NCBI GenBank assembly: GCA_039621445.1
Contig: CP154954.1
Coordinates: forward strand, 48,153,847-48,217,846
Reading direction: 5' to 3'
DNA length: 64,000 nucleotides
From: Euglena gracilis
Lineage: Eukaryota
The position numbers and the translations under genes were made by a program. Below, one piece after another: positions 12,011 through 41,432 of the stretch (its first letter is position 1; each line of letters begins with the position of its first letter). The notes beneath the pieces are model-generated. The model worked only from the letters and a program-made list of their open reading frames with translations, was not told the DNA's origin and searched no databases.

Positions 12011-13207
12011 GCTAGGTGCTTGGCCGGGGGTGTGAGGGTGGGCGGATGTGCCCGGCTGGGGGGGGGGGAGGACGATGCGGTAGGCGGCGAGACCATCCCG
12101 ATGGGATCCCCAAGGTCTCCCATGTTCATCCGCCTGTGGCAGCTAACCTGCCCAAGTGCATAGAAAACGCTCGCTTGCCACCACGAAAGCATCGCTTCCG
12201 TCGTACAGGAAAATAAAGGGAAAATAGAAGAAATAAATGGATGCCCCCCCTGCAGGTTTCGGCCCACCGAGTGAAACGTCATTACTTCATTTGCTTGTTG
12301 AGCAGGGCTTGAACCCTACGGGGAACGCTTTGGGGCAGGATGGCTTCGGGCTGCGTTGTAGCATAAGCCCCAGGGGCAGGACGCTCCCTGGGGACAGGCA
12401 ACCACCGGACGGTATGACCCCCTCGGCAAAGACGGGAGGACAGGCGACCCATTGGCAGGCCTCCTTCCTCGGCCCAAAACACACCCTATTCTCCCCCCCT
12501 ATTTACACCCCTATTCAGCTGCGCTGATTTATGCTATGTGGGGGGGGGCATCCAACAAAGCACGCCAAAATATGCAACACAAAAAAATGCAAAGAATGTC
12601 AAAAATGCAAAATTGCATGTAACTTCCTTCAGGATTATTTTTTTCTGCTGGAGAGGACTTAGATAAATATTTACCTCCTCCGGATTTTTTCCCCACTTTG
12701 CAAGGTTTCCTATGCAGGGTGGCGCATGTTTTGGACAAATATTTGCATTTTTTTTTCTAACAGGACACATAAAAGCATAAACAGAATTGTGTCTTGGATA
12801 ATATATGAAAAAAGGCCAAAAAATAATAATAATAAAAAACAACGAAAAAAGCCACACCAACCACTTCCAAATGGCATGCTTGGTTTGCCCAGTTGCATTC
12901 ACTTATGTTTCATTACAACTACTGTTATTCCCCGAGAAAAATCAGAAGAAATTTTCCAAGGTTTTGGATCACATGAAAAAAATGCAAATTCTCCCGAGGT
13001 GTAGGCAGTGTTCCTCAGGGAATAGCCGGCACCTGCCGATGCCCTTGCCTTGGAGGGGGCAGTGCGCATGTGTGTATGTTGTGTGTGTGTGTGTGTGTGT
13101 GTTGTGTGTGCCAATGTAAAAAAAAAAAAGGAAACCTGGCCACCTGCAAACCTCGGAGATACAGACTCAGGACATCAAAGCGGGGGTGGTGGAGTGGGGG
13201 AGGGGGA

Positions 13208-16200
13208 TCACTTGGCCACGTACACCCGCAGCTCCTCCAGGTCAGCCCTGGCCACAGAGGCAGGTGCCGGTGGGCAAATGGGCGATCTGGGTGACTGTAT
13301 TGTTTGCAAAGTTCCATCCGGCCAAGCCACATTGCTCAGCGGCCTTCAAGGCGGAAGAAAACTCCAAAACAGGCCGGCAAATGAAAATACCCCGTTGGCT
13401 TGTTTTCCGTGGGCTTTTCTACTTCTTCTTTTGCTAGGTTTCGTCGTGGGATGTCAAACCAAACTCTGGTCTTGCAGGGCTCAGCCTTGTTGGCTTCCAT
13501 TTGGGGTTTGCCACCAGACGAGAGGCTGAATTATTTGCCTTCAAGCTGTGGCGTCACACAGCAAGGCTGACGGACGCACAAAGGTGGTAGAAAAAACACA
13601 TGCACACCCCCTACAACAAATAGGCAACCCAGACCCCCCCCCCCACGAAAGTTTGTTCTGTTCCCCGCTTGGCCACCCCGACCAACTCCACAGCTCCATC
13701 CGTCCGACGACGGACGACCCCGGCGGCCGGCCCCTGCCCGGTGGTGGGGCCGAAGAGGGACGGCAGCCCGTCGGCGCGGGCCTCGTAGTACGTGCCGAGG
13801 GCGGAGGACGCGCGGTGGCTGCGGTCGAGGGCGAAGTCCCCGTCGTCGTCCAGGAGACCCATTTCGCGGGCCCGCAGCTTGGACCGGCCCCACGCCCCAG
13901 CGCGGGCCGCCGGGGGGCAGCAACCTCCCGGCACACCCCCGGCGACCTCTGCGGAACGGGGGGGGGGGTGGGGGAGAGGCGACGGGGCGACGTGGACACC
14001 GTTCCAGACACCGTTCCACACACAGTTCGGGACACTGTTCAGGACATGGTTCGAGACACGGTTCAGGACACCGTTCCGCAAAGTGCCGGGAGGTTGCTCC
14101 CCCCCCCCCCCCGGGGAGGCCCAGAGGAATGGGACTGTTGGTTGCCCTTCTTCTGGTTGGCGGCGGCTGACTTGGAAGGTGCGGTGAGCCACACCTGGAC
14201 AAAGCAACCTCCAACGTGTCTAAGCTTGAGCAGCACATCAAATCTGATGACAGCTTCTCAATATGGGAAGAGCTGAAGCTCAACCAAATGAATATTTCAG
14301 GGCGGGTGATCGTCTGCCATCAATGGAAACGACAACCCATCCCCAACCAAATTTGGTTCTAAATCCTTTGGAAATTGGGTTCCACTTGAGAAATGGATGG
14401 TCCCTTTGTGTTTCTCAACCTTGAAACTGTTTGGAGTCCTCGAGATCTGCCAGCGACAATGCTGAGGCGTGGCTGTGTGTACACCTGCTTGACGAGGGGG
14501 ATCCGCAGCCCATCCGCCCCAAAAGCCGGGCACAGGGGGCGTTGGACTCCCCCCACCACGCACCTCCCCAGCGGTCAAGAGAGGGGGAGGTCTGATGGAC
14601 GAAATGAAGTTTCTCTGCCACACCCACCTGAACATCTTTTCGGCCTGAAAAAAAATAATAATAATAAAATATAATAATTTTCACGAGGCTGGATTATCTT
14701 CACCGAGAGAAATATGTCGTTGCACATCACCGATCGCCGTCCCCTGGGGGGGCCCTGCCCGCCGAGGTCGTACACGGAGGGCAGGCCCGGGATGCGGGCC
14801 AACACCTCCACGCTGTCGTCGAGGGCGCAGGTGGGGCTGTGGAAGAGGAACGCGTTGCGCGTCTCCAGCAGGTCGCCCGTCGACGCCCACCCGATGCCGT
14901 TGTATGCCCCGAACGGCCCCGGCGGCTGTCCCCCTCTGGTGGTTGGGTGGTGCCCCCCGCTCTCCTGGACCTCCCCCCCGCCCAAGGGGGGTATTGGGGC
15001 CATACAATTTTTTACCGACCCCCGGGGGGAGGGAGGGGGGGTCACTCCACTTTTGAAAAACCAGTCATTCACTTTTCTTTGGGAAGCCAGTCAGTCACTA
15101 CCCCCCCTGGGGGGGTCGGCCACTCAGCAAAACCAGCTACTTTCCAGTCACTTTAGGCTATTTTAGGCCAAAAAAAATTTTCCTGGCGCCTTCGGCGCCG
15201 GGGTCACTCAAGCCACTTTTGCCCACCCCTGGCCGACCCCCCCCCCCCCCAGGGGGGGAGGGGGTCCGGGCCGGACCTGGTTTTGGTCCGGGCCCAAAAC
15301 CAGTCAGTCACTCTGAAAAAACCAGTCAGTCACCCCCCCCCCCAGGGGGTGGGACAGTGCTTAAAAAATTGTCTGATTGGGGCTAAGGCCGCCGCACAGC
15401 ACTCCGGTGGTGGTCTTCCCCACAAGGATAGCGGGGCCACGGTTGTCGACCAACCGGTGGCATCAGAGCCCCCCGCCGCCGTCAGGTGCCGGTGGGGGTT
15501 AGGAATGGCCGCATCCCATGCCACCTGACCTTGTGGGAGGCTGGGGCCACAGTAATGAAAGCCACACAGATGAGAGGGCTGGCAAACTGCGGGGAGGTCT
15601 GGGCGGAAGGCGGCGGCGGACCAGCCATCACGGGTCGCGTCGTACGCGAGGGCGAGGGGCAGGGACTCGAGCCGCGTGCCGGGCATCACCAGACTTTCAT
15701 TTAGTGTGCCGCGGCGAAGTTTGCCGCCGCACAAAAATCTTTTCCATGGCGCACGCGGCGCAGAAAAAAATTTCCAGAGGCGCATTAAATGCAAGTCTGG
15801 GCAGCACCGTGCGCCGCAGCGCCGCTGTCTCCGCGTCGTCCTCCGGCACTGCCACCGCCACCCCGCCCTCCGGCTCCTCCTCGTACTGTGGCGGCTTGAA
15901 GAGGTCGAAGAGGCTCGCCCGCAGCGGCGCGACGCGGGAGCGGTGGGAACTCAGGGCCTGGGCAGCAGAGTCACCCCCCTGCCCATCTCCTCGCCGATTC
16001 TGAAGCTGCAGGAGGTGGAGGTGCAATCCAATAGGCGCGCGGCTATGCTGACTGTCTGGGGGCAGGGGGCTAAATGGCGGAAAAGCAACCTCGTTGGACG
16101 GTGCAAGCACCCAAACAAAAAACTGTTGCGCGCTCTGCCGGTGCCGTTGCGTGCGAACGTCTTCACGACTTCCCCAGCAGCTCACGGTAATGCGCGCGGT

Positions 16201-16600
16201 GGCGACCCACACCAAGCCACCATCAACCACCGAGCGGCACACTACATACAACTACTGCATACTACGCCCACAAATGGGAAAGAGGCGGCGCTGCAAAGTG
16301 CGAGGGAACGGGCATCGGACCTCCAAAGCCTCTCCTGCCCGGGATGCGTCGCCGGCCAGGGAGAGGCACACCACTGGGTCCGGCTGACGGGTTCGTCGCC
16401 GGCGGCGGAGAAAGGCTGTGGTGAGCGCTGTCAGCAGGAACGCCGCCAGGGAGACCGCCGGCGTTCGGGAGGCGGGCGGTGCGGCCGCCGGGGGTTTGGC
16501 AAGGGCGGGCGTGGAGGAGGCCGCCGGAGGGGGCTGGGCCCAGACCATGCCTCGAGCAGCCGGAAACGCCGCCGGTCCGGCCACGGCGGTACGACTCCAG
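13208..16600 (-). CDS. TLDc (OXR-like) domain protein, probably plastid-targeted; multi-exon, 5' end unresolved
   Basis: Spliced product ...LRRTVL|PGTRLESLPLALAYDATRDGWSAAAF|HRLVDNRGPAILVGKTTTGVL|FGAYNGIGWASTGDLLETRNAFLFHS...ASSALGTYYEARADGLPSLFG...ADLEELRVYVAK* (stop 13208-13210) shows TLDc hallmarks (Y.A.RDG.S...FH..VD..GP, FGAYN..GW, AFLF). The upstream exon at ~16350-16600 has a hydrophobic stretch followed by a basic run (SLAAFLLTALTTAFLRRRRR), like a euglenid class I stop-transfer presequence. Confidence 0.85.
14915..15397 (-). other. Nonconventional intron (begins GT, lacks AG) containing a nested MITE
   Basis: gtg-CGGCGGC ... GCCGCCG-gggcc; removal gives G-V-L-F-G-A-Y-N, the TLDc motif. 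Confidence 0.75.
15001..15375. mobile_element. hAT-like MITE with perfect 8-bp TSD
   Basis: CATACAATTTTTTA ... TAAAAAATTGTCTG; TSD ATTGGGGC at 14993-15000 and 15376-15383; internal CCAGTCAGTCAC repeats. Related decayed copies near 22430-22545, 42955-43235 and 55575-55815. Confidence 0.85.
15459..15604 (-). other. Nonconventional intron
   Basis: gcc-CAGACCTCC ... GGGGGCTCTG-atgcc; removal gives A-F-H-R-L-V-D. Confidence 0.8.
15685..15802 (-). other. Nonconventional intron coinciding with a MITE (15690-15799) plus one TSD copy
   Basis: TIRs CAGACTTTCATTTAGTGTGCC and CAGACTTGCATTTAATGCGCC. Flanks GGCATCAC (15682-15689) and GGCAGCAC (15800-15807) match at 7/8. Removal gives V-L-P-G-T-R-L-E. Confidence 0.85.
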
Positions 16601-17575
16601 AGGGCCCTCGCTCGTTGAGACCGCCTGTTGCGTCGAGAGGTAGGGACTGTCCGGGACCGCGGCAGGGGACCCCGCGCTCGCGACTTCCCCATGGGCCCCG
16701 TGCTGCCCTTCAGCGCCCGCAGGTGGGACAAAAGTCGATCCATCACCTCCAATCTTGGTCCCTGTCAGTCAATAATGACCCTCCTTGCCCGGAGCAGGGG
16801 CGGGGGATGGGGGCCCCAGTTGCCGGGCCCAAACATAGGTGGACCGGGTAAAAACGCCCCACCCTGCCATCTCCCCTGTAAGACCCCGGTCCAACCTTTG
16901 AATCGGTGGCTCCCAATCCATTGGAGGGGGCCATATTTGTTCCGGGGTCGGGTTGTTTGTGCCTTTTCCTCTGGGAGTCTTGCCTGGTCCCTTTTATTTG
17001 GAATTTCGCTGGTAGTGGGTAGGGAGGAGATTTTTTTGGGGGGACCTTGGCGGGGGCCGAATGCAACGCAGTGCCCCGGCGACCGGCATGGGAAAGCCGC
17101 CCTCCCCTGCCGGCAGCAAGGATCCCGACAAACGGGGCGGGAATGGCGGGAGTTTGGCGGGGCGGGAAGGGAGGCAACGTGGGACGGCGCTGGCAGTGCA
17201 AGGGCCCATAGCGTGATTAATTTGGGCATGTTGTTTCAAAGGTAAATGCCGGTGCTTAAATGTCGAAGAGGATGCAAAAGCACCACCAAACGGCAAAGCA
17301 CACACACACAGGCACACACACAGGCAGGAAACGGAAGGTCCTAACTTGGTGCCGGGATTAAAAGGCACCAAAAAGAACGGCCCCAAAAGGGGGGTAAAAC
17401 AGGGGGACACAAGGCGTGAACAAAAAAAGAAGGGATGACAACACAGGAAAAAAAAAAAACGAGGGTGTCTGGGGGGGGGGACCTTCGGAATTGGTGGCCT
17501 AGGGGGGGGGGCTATTGTGTTTGTGGGCCAATCGATCTCATGCCCGCTTGCATGTAGCCCCAAGGAGTCCCAAAT

Positions 17576-17875
17576 CAGGCTGTTTTTTTTTTACCAACCC
17601 CGGGGGGAGGGGGGTCCGGGGTGTCTATGAGTGCCTGCCCAGGCAGGCACTACCCCCCCCCCGGGGTCGGATTTCAGGCCCAGGCACAATCCTTTGAAAA
17701 TAGGCCATTTTTGGCTCCCCAGCACCAGGCGCCGGGGTCTGTGCAAGGGCACTTTTGGCCGTGTGCCTCCCCCCCCCCTGGTGGTCAGATCGGGAGTGCC
17801 TTGGACTGACTGCCCAGGCAGGCACCCCCCCCCCCCCCCCGGGGGGGAGGCGGCACCCGACTAAAATACGGCCTG
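17576..17875. mobile_element. hAT-like MITE, family CAGGCTGT
   Basis: CAGGCTGTTTTT ... AAAATACGGCCTG, with internal GTGCCTGCCCAGGCAGGCAC repeats and an imperfect TSD (GTCCCAAAT/GTCCCAGT). Confidence 0.8.
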
Positions 17876-20162
17876 GTCCCAGTCGGCCCAGAAATAGAAA
17901 ATGGGCAGGCCCTTGGGCCGGAGGAAATGGCCGGTGGACGGGATGGCCGGCAGGAGGAGGCAGAGGGCCCTGACAGCGATCCCCGGCATCCCGTTGCTGC
18001 CTGGCACAGTGTGTGGGGACAAGGCGGGGGGCTGGGCCTGCGTCTTCCAAACAGATCCAATCAGGCAGCCACCCAGCCGGTCCGGGAAAACGATGCTGAC
18101 TGGCTGCATGAATCGGGAATCAGTGCCAACGGTCCCCTAATCTTGTGGTTGCCCCGTGGGTTAGTGGGGGGGGATGAGCATGACTGTCGCACAAGCCACA
18201 GGGGGCAAAAGCACTGCGGGTGTCCAAAACAAGGTTAACCAAGAACTCATCCCACACCACAACACGTTAATGACCCCCCCCAACACCACCAACAAACTGG
18301 TCGAAACCCGGGGCAAGCAACCGAATGACCCCCACCGCTGCGGTCACAGTGGCATACATGGGGGCAGTGGTTGACATACGGGCGTGTGTAGAGAGCTGCC
18401 CCTGTAGTGATGAAGGCACCAGGGCCCCCTGAAGGGGTGGACCACAAACACAACCTCTGTCACCCACACAGGGAGGTGATCTCATTGCAGGAGGCCCAAC
18501 ACACAAACGGGCTGAGACAGACAGACGCATGACGGTGGACTGGGTGGGGAGAGATAAACGATGGATTCCTTGCCATGGCCATGGCTTTGGAGGCCTCCTT
18601 GAACCGCCATTCGGTTACTCGGAGTAAGGCCTTCTTTGGACCGTTTTGACATCGTGACCTGGGCAGCCCAGGTACATGTCCTCCGAAATGGTCGAATACA
18701 CCCATCTAATTGTGCTGGGTTCTTGCAACCAACATTCCCGCTGCATGTTTTTCTTACCATTAGACCACGACAAACTGGAAACCCAATGGACCAGAGCAGC
18801 AACACCAAATGGAGGCGACCCTCCCCTGGGCACAACTGTATGGAAAAACGGTTGGTGCTCCCCCCAAAACTGGGAGGTGGGGGAGGTCAGTGTCCCAACC
18901 AACCATGACAATTCGCAAAAAGAATCTTCTTCAGTGAAAGCCACAAAAATGAATATGGGGCCCAAAAATTTGCGCCATCCAGGAGGGGGGCGGGGCACCA
19001 CCAGCACCAGCATGGGTTGGGCTAACATCCACACACCTTTGTGCCCTGCCCCATTTTGAGAGACCCCCAGAGACACCCCAGGCGCCTAATTGATGGGCAG
19101 ATTAGGTTCGGTGCAAAAGCCAGCCATTGTTGGAACGTCAACAGTACCTCAGCTCACGCGAGTGGGGTGTGGTGGGATTGGTGAAAGACTGCAATTGTGG
19201 CTGTACCAATGGTGTGATCTTTGCCAGCAGTTTGTCAGGGAACACCACAAAACACGCACCAGAGGTTCTGATGTGATTCCCGGGCGTTCACAAAATGCAA
19301 ATTATCTTTATCCCCACTGTAAATCAACACAAAAGGAACCCAGGAGGGTCTGCAACCCTTGAAAGGACCCGACCCATCCGCCCAGAATGCAGATGTGTGG
19401 GGCCACACGTCTCATAAACTGCAGGCTCGAGGGTCACAGGCATCCGTCCCCCTCTTCGGCGAGAGCAAAAAAGGTTCTTCTTGGCGCCTGGCAAGCACAG
19501 GGGCCGGAGGCTCCCTGGAGGTGGCAAGCGGAGGGATCCAAAAACTGGCCATCTGGTCGATGGATTGTACGTGGGATGGCGGCGAGAGGACAAACGATGG
19601 AACGACGGCCACCAAACTTCAATTGCGAAGCATGGAGCCAAAATGAGTTTTCCAATGTCTTCAGTGGTGTGTGCTGAAGCTGTAACTAAACCCTCCCCCC
19701 AAATAATACCCCCCCCCCCTGGGCCGGGACTTCGGACGAAAAAATAATACCCCGTATTATTTGGTATTATTTGGGGGTGGTTAGCTGATGTGCAACGCAC
19801 TGCAAGGGTCAGAATAGGAAATTTAGAGATGTTCAATTTCCCCCCAGCAAAAACAATATTCACAAACAAATGAATATTTTTTCTTCGTACACAGTTAAGC
19901 GTAAAATTTATGTATAACCAAAATTCATGACTTTGATGAAAGTGACCCACAAACAAACAAACAAACAAGACAAATTTGATGTTAACTCTTTCTGAAAAAA
20001 ATTGGCACTACCTTCGGATGAAATCATTTTTCAGCGCGCTCCTCCGGACTGAAGACAGGGACACTCTCCGCACTAAAATGCCACGATCCAGTCAAAAGCG
20101 TTGCACACACCACAGCCCTGCAGCCTGGAAATCCTGCTGGGGACCCTGAATGGCCGTCTCTA

Positions 20163-25514
<5,352 letters not shown>

Positions 25515-25577
25515 CGGCGGCTGCGACGGGCGGGCGGGGGGGGGGGCAGGGAGAGGGCGGGGACCTGACCGATGGAC

Positions 25578-25593
25578 CTGAAGAAAGAGAAAA
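25578..25593 (-). promoter_or_regulatory. Candidate spliced-leader trans-splicing acceptor (polypyrimidine tract + AG) upstream of the GST start
   Basis: The minus strand reads TTTTCTCTTTCTTCAG|G about 65 nt before the ATG at 25514. Euglenozoans add a spliced leader at such sites, but it could also be a cis acceptor. Confidence 0.45.
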
Positions 25594-27231
25594 CCTGACC
25601 CCCACCCCGGCAAACCTCCCGGAGGTGCATTTTTGGGGGATTTGAAACTCCCACTGGGGCGTGAACATTAGGGGGGCGACAGTTGGGGAGGGAAATCAAA
25701 CCTCCGGGGCCGAAAACCAGTCAACAACAAGCAATGGGCAAGAACTGAAATTGGGCTCTTTTCTTCAAATCCGCCGCCTGGGATTGATTTAGCGAGTCGC
25801 TAAATCAATTAGTTCAAATCAACTACGGTTTGGAATCGGGGGCGGCCATGTTTGGTCGCTAATAGCGATCAAACATGGCCGCCCCTGATTCCAAAGCTTG
25901 CCTCAGCTTGCATCAGGAAGGGTCCAAAAGAAGCCCCCCCCCCCCACGGAGGCCATAATCCACTTTAAGCGCATCCGTTCTTTACTTGGGCGTGGGGGGA
26001 GCTCATGTGCGACCGCGGCTTGAACATGATCCTTTTTCCTGCCGGGTCCCTTTTCCTTCCCCACCACGTCAACGTTTACCAGTGCAATAGATCGCCGACT
26101 TACAACCGGCGGCATGACGCTTCTACTTGGGCCCCAGCTGCCTCGCCCTTTGGGTGGAGTAAACCAACAAACAAACAGGAGCTCCTTCGGGAGTCTCAGG
26201 AGGAGGCCATATCGTTATAATGATTTGAAATGAGACAAAGATGCACTTTGCGATATAACTTTCCTGCCTGTTCCTCAACATCTCAACAGGGGGAAGTATA
26301 GGTGAGCTTAGGAGGTGGTTGCAGCTGGACTTCAAAAAAGGAAACAAAAGGTGGATCTGTCACCCGACCTCCAGAACACATCACCACTGTTCTGTCACCA
26401 GTTGTCACACAAGAAATGTGGCGGGCAGAACCAAGGTTTTTGTGCATTTTTGGGTGAATTCTTATTTCCTGGAAAGCCAAACCGGGGGGGGGGGAGTCAA
26501 AACTCAACAACATATTTTGGAGGCAAAAAAACACCAATTTTGACCTTTCCCCTGAAGACCCACCCACCCACCCACCCCCTGGAGGGACCCCCAGTAGGGG
26601 AGGGGGCTAGGGGGGACCCACTTTTGGGGGTCAATTTTGGATAAAAAAAACTGGCGCTTTGTGCCGAAAATAGAACAAAACCCCGCCTCCAGCGGAGTAC
26701 CCACTTGCCCTCCCCCGGAGGGGGGGGGGCTCGGCCGGGGCCCAACCACCCCCCTCCCCCCGGTCACAAAACTTAAAAACGTCTCTGAACTCAACACACT
26801 GAAATCACTAAACATGGTATAAAATACTGCCTTCTGGGCCCGAATTTGGGCTTCAGTAGTTGAACCTGTGGGAAACGGTTTTATCACCCCTGAACCATCA
26901 AATAACCCAACAATCGGGTGACAAAATTTTGGTTTTGAAATGATCCCTGGGCAATTGCAATTGTGCGATTGCACACCCCATCCCCCCTCTCAGACCTCAC
27001 CGGCCCCAAACACTAGTCCTAGTCCCTGACCAGGAATGCCCTCTTTCTGCCCCCCCAACCCCCCTCACCCCTGCCCTCCCCCAGGTTTTGTGCGACAAGC
27101 ACCGGTGAAGTCAAGGGTCACGCTGTGGGTTGAGGAGGTGCGCTGGCCGTGACTCGTGGCAGGGTCGTCCCACTGTGAAGGTTCGGTGTGGGCGAGAAGA
27201 ACCTTAGCATGGCGCGTTTAACAAAGGCCGG

Positions 27232-38937
<11,706 letters not shown>

Positions 38938-39107
38938 CGCCCGCGGGGCCGACCGCGGCGGGAGGAGGGCCCGGCCCGGCGGCCGTCACAGCAGTGCCGT
39001 GTGCCTGGAGGACCAGTGGGGGGAGGGGGGTCCACTCAAACTCTGCAATACACACAGCAAATCTTGTACACATTCAATGTGCAACACATACTGTGTAAAA
39101 TGCAAAT

Positions 39108-39301
39108 AAATGTACCTCCCCCCCCCCCAAGCCCAATGAACACTAAGGTGACAATCTAGACGGTCCGAACGGGGGGCATTCATTGGGCATGAGGTGTGCT
39201 TTCTGTGTTGACAAGGTATATGGTGACAATCTAGACGGTCCGAACACCCCCTGTTCATTGGGCAAGGGCGTTCATTGGGCATGGAGGGGGGGAGGTAAAT
39301 T
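39108..39301. mobile_element. Small MITE with an internal direct repeat
   Basis: Inverted termini TACCTCCCCCCC..GCCCAATGAAC / GTTCATTGGGC..GGGGGGAGGTA; GGTGACAATCTAGACGGTCCGAAC occurs twice inside. Confidence 0.6.
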
Positions 39302-41432
39302 TTAAAAAGGAAATTGGTGTAAATCCTGTTTGGAACCTCCCCCAGACAAAATCTCCAAAGGATTTATAAAATGTACCTCCTCCACGAAACATTATGCATC
39401 GCAATTTTACCTCCAAAAAAAATCTGCAAAAATGGGAAATAAAAATGGAACAGCAGAAAAATAAAGCGAAAGGCAAACTTGCACGATTCCAGCATACATT
39501 GCCTAGGTTTATGCACTTGCATTTCCTCATCCGACACCTCATTGTGCATCCAGGGGGGTAAACCCAACATCATTTTGAGAAAAGAGTACTTTGGACTCTG
39601 TGTGCACTCTCTGTGGGAAGATTACTTTCGACATCATCTAACACAGACAATTCAGACCCATCCTCGTCATGATTCAGACCCCCCTCCCTCGTCATGCAAC
39701 CACTAACCTGCAGTCAACGAAAAAAATCAAACCACAAAACCTATCTCGCTAATGCAGCGGGGTGGTGGATTAACCCCCTCAACTCAACACTCAACCCACT
39801 CGACACAAAAACAGGGGGGGATTGAAATTGGAGACCTTCAGTGAAATTGCGGAAAATTGTGAGAAATTGTGGAAATTGTGGAAATATCGATACCAGGACT
39901 GTACACACTTTTTCTTAGAAAATATTCACCTCCCATGCTTTGAGCCGCCATTTCCGTCCTGTTGAAAAAGACAAAAAGTGCAAGAACATGATTATTGATG
40001 TAATGTTCAGAATATACTGATTCCGAAAACCTTGTTGGCCAAAAAAAACCACAAAAATGATATAAACATTTGACAAGAAGTTTGGTGTCAAGGGAAAATC
40101 TGGTCCAGGACGTGGGATTTTTCAAAATCGAACTCATTTCCCAGCAGAACTTCACAAACCCAAAACTTCAGAACTCCAAAAAAACAAAAAAAAAAAGAGT
40201 TATAAAATTGCAAATCTTTCCAAAATTTGCATCAAAATAAATCCAGTTTCCCGTGTGCGGAGAAATGACAGGAAATAATTGCACCTTCCACTTCAAGCTT
40301 ATGCGGACTGAAAGAGACATTTCACGAAAATTTGGATATCACCCTGCAGTCAATGACAACGGGGGGTCATTCATCATGGGATGGTTGTAAGACCAGATGG
40401 GGGATAAAATGGGGGGGATTCTTCTTCTTCTATTCACTGCCCCCCCCCCCCCCGTCATGGCCACCACGGCGATGGTTTCCCACGGCATCCTCAACTCTTA
40501 TGCGTTCTGCCGCCATCGACGCAACCGCACTGGGGAGCAGCACACGACGTGTACACGAACCCCTGCAACCAAACCACGGTGGGTACTGCGTGGGGCGGTT
40601 GCAGAGACACAGACAGCGTTGCCGGGAAGACCGAAAGGTGGCCGATGGCGCGGGGTCCTCCACAAAATGGAGGCAACGGGGAAGGGGGGGGACAAGTGGG
40701 CCTTCCACTGGGGCAGAGGCGGTGGTCGTGGGTCTTCTACGGGGTTCGGGTGGCCCTTGTGCCACCTTGCCTTCTTCATGGGCTGTGTTTTCCCAGCTTC
40801 TCATCACCCGCAAACCTCACCCCACCCCGCTCCACCATGATGCAGGGTTTTTCATTCATACGTGCTGCTTGCCGAAAATTCGATGTGTGATTTTACATGA
40901 TTTTACGCGATTTTGCGTGACTCACGTCAGAGCCAAAATTTTTCCTGTATTCCCCTGGTATGCACACTTTCTGTGGAGAGGACACTCTTCACCTCCAACG
41001 GGGAATTATTTTCATTCTATGCAAACATGCAAATAAACTCAAAAATGCAGACCAAAAAAATGGCAAAAAATGATTCAAAATTGACAAAAATTTGGGCTTG
41101 GGGAAATTTGGGGCCAAAATGGGGAATTTTTCAAAGGAAGAAAAATTTCCAGCAGAAATTGAATAATCCGAGGGAAATAATGACAAAAAACTATCACTTG
41201 TTATTCTCAGATGTAATTTCCTTGATTATCCGTGATTTACGTGTTTTTACGTGGGCGTATTGATGAAAAACCCTGCATGAAGCCATTTTATTTGAAAGAA
41301 AATTGCCATCCCCAAACCAGAAACATGCTGTGCAGGGTCCTGGGGGCAACTTCTGTGGGGAATCCCACCGCAACGCAAGACCTCACAACCTCCCAATTGT
41401 GTTCAGCTCTAAAGGTCCCCCCCCCACTGACT

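Noticed and set aside
9960-12480. GC-rich patches (~10040-10135, 12070-12120, 12300-12470) as exons of another gene
   Set aside because: They look exon-like, but I could not build a consistent spliced frame or recognise a family. The same applies to ~4220-4400, 5620-5760 and 40450-40780.
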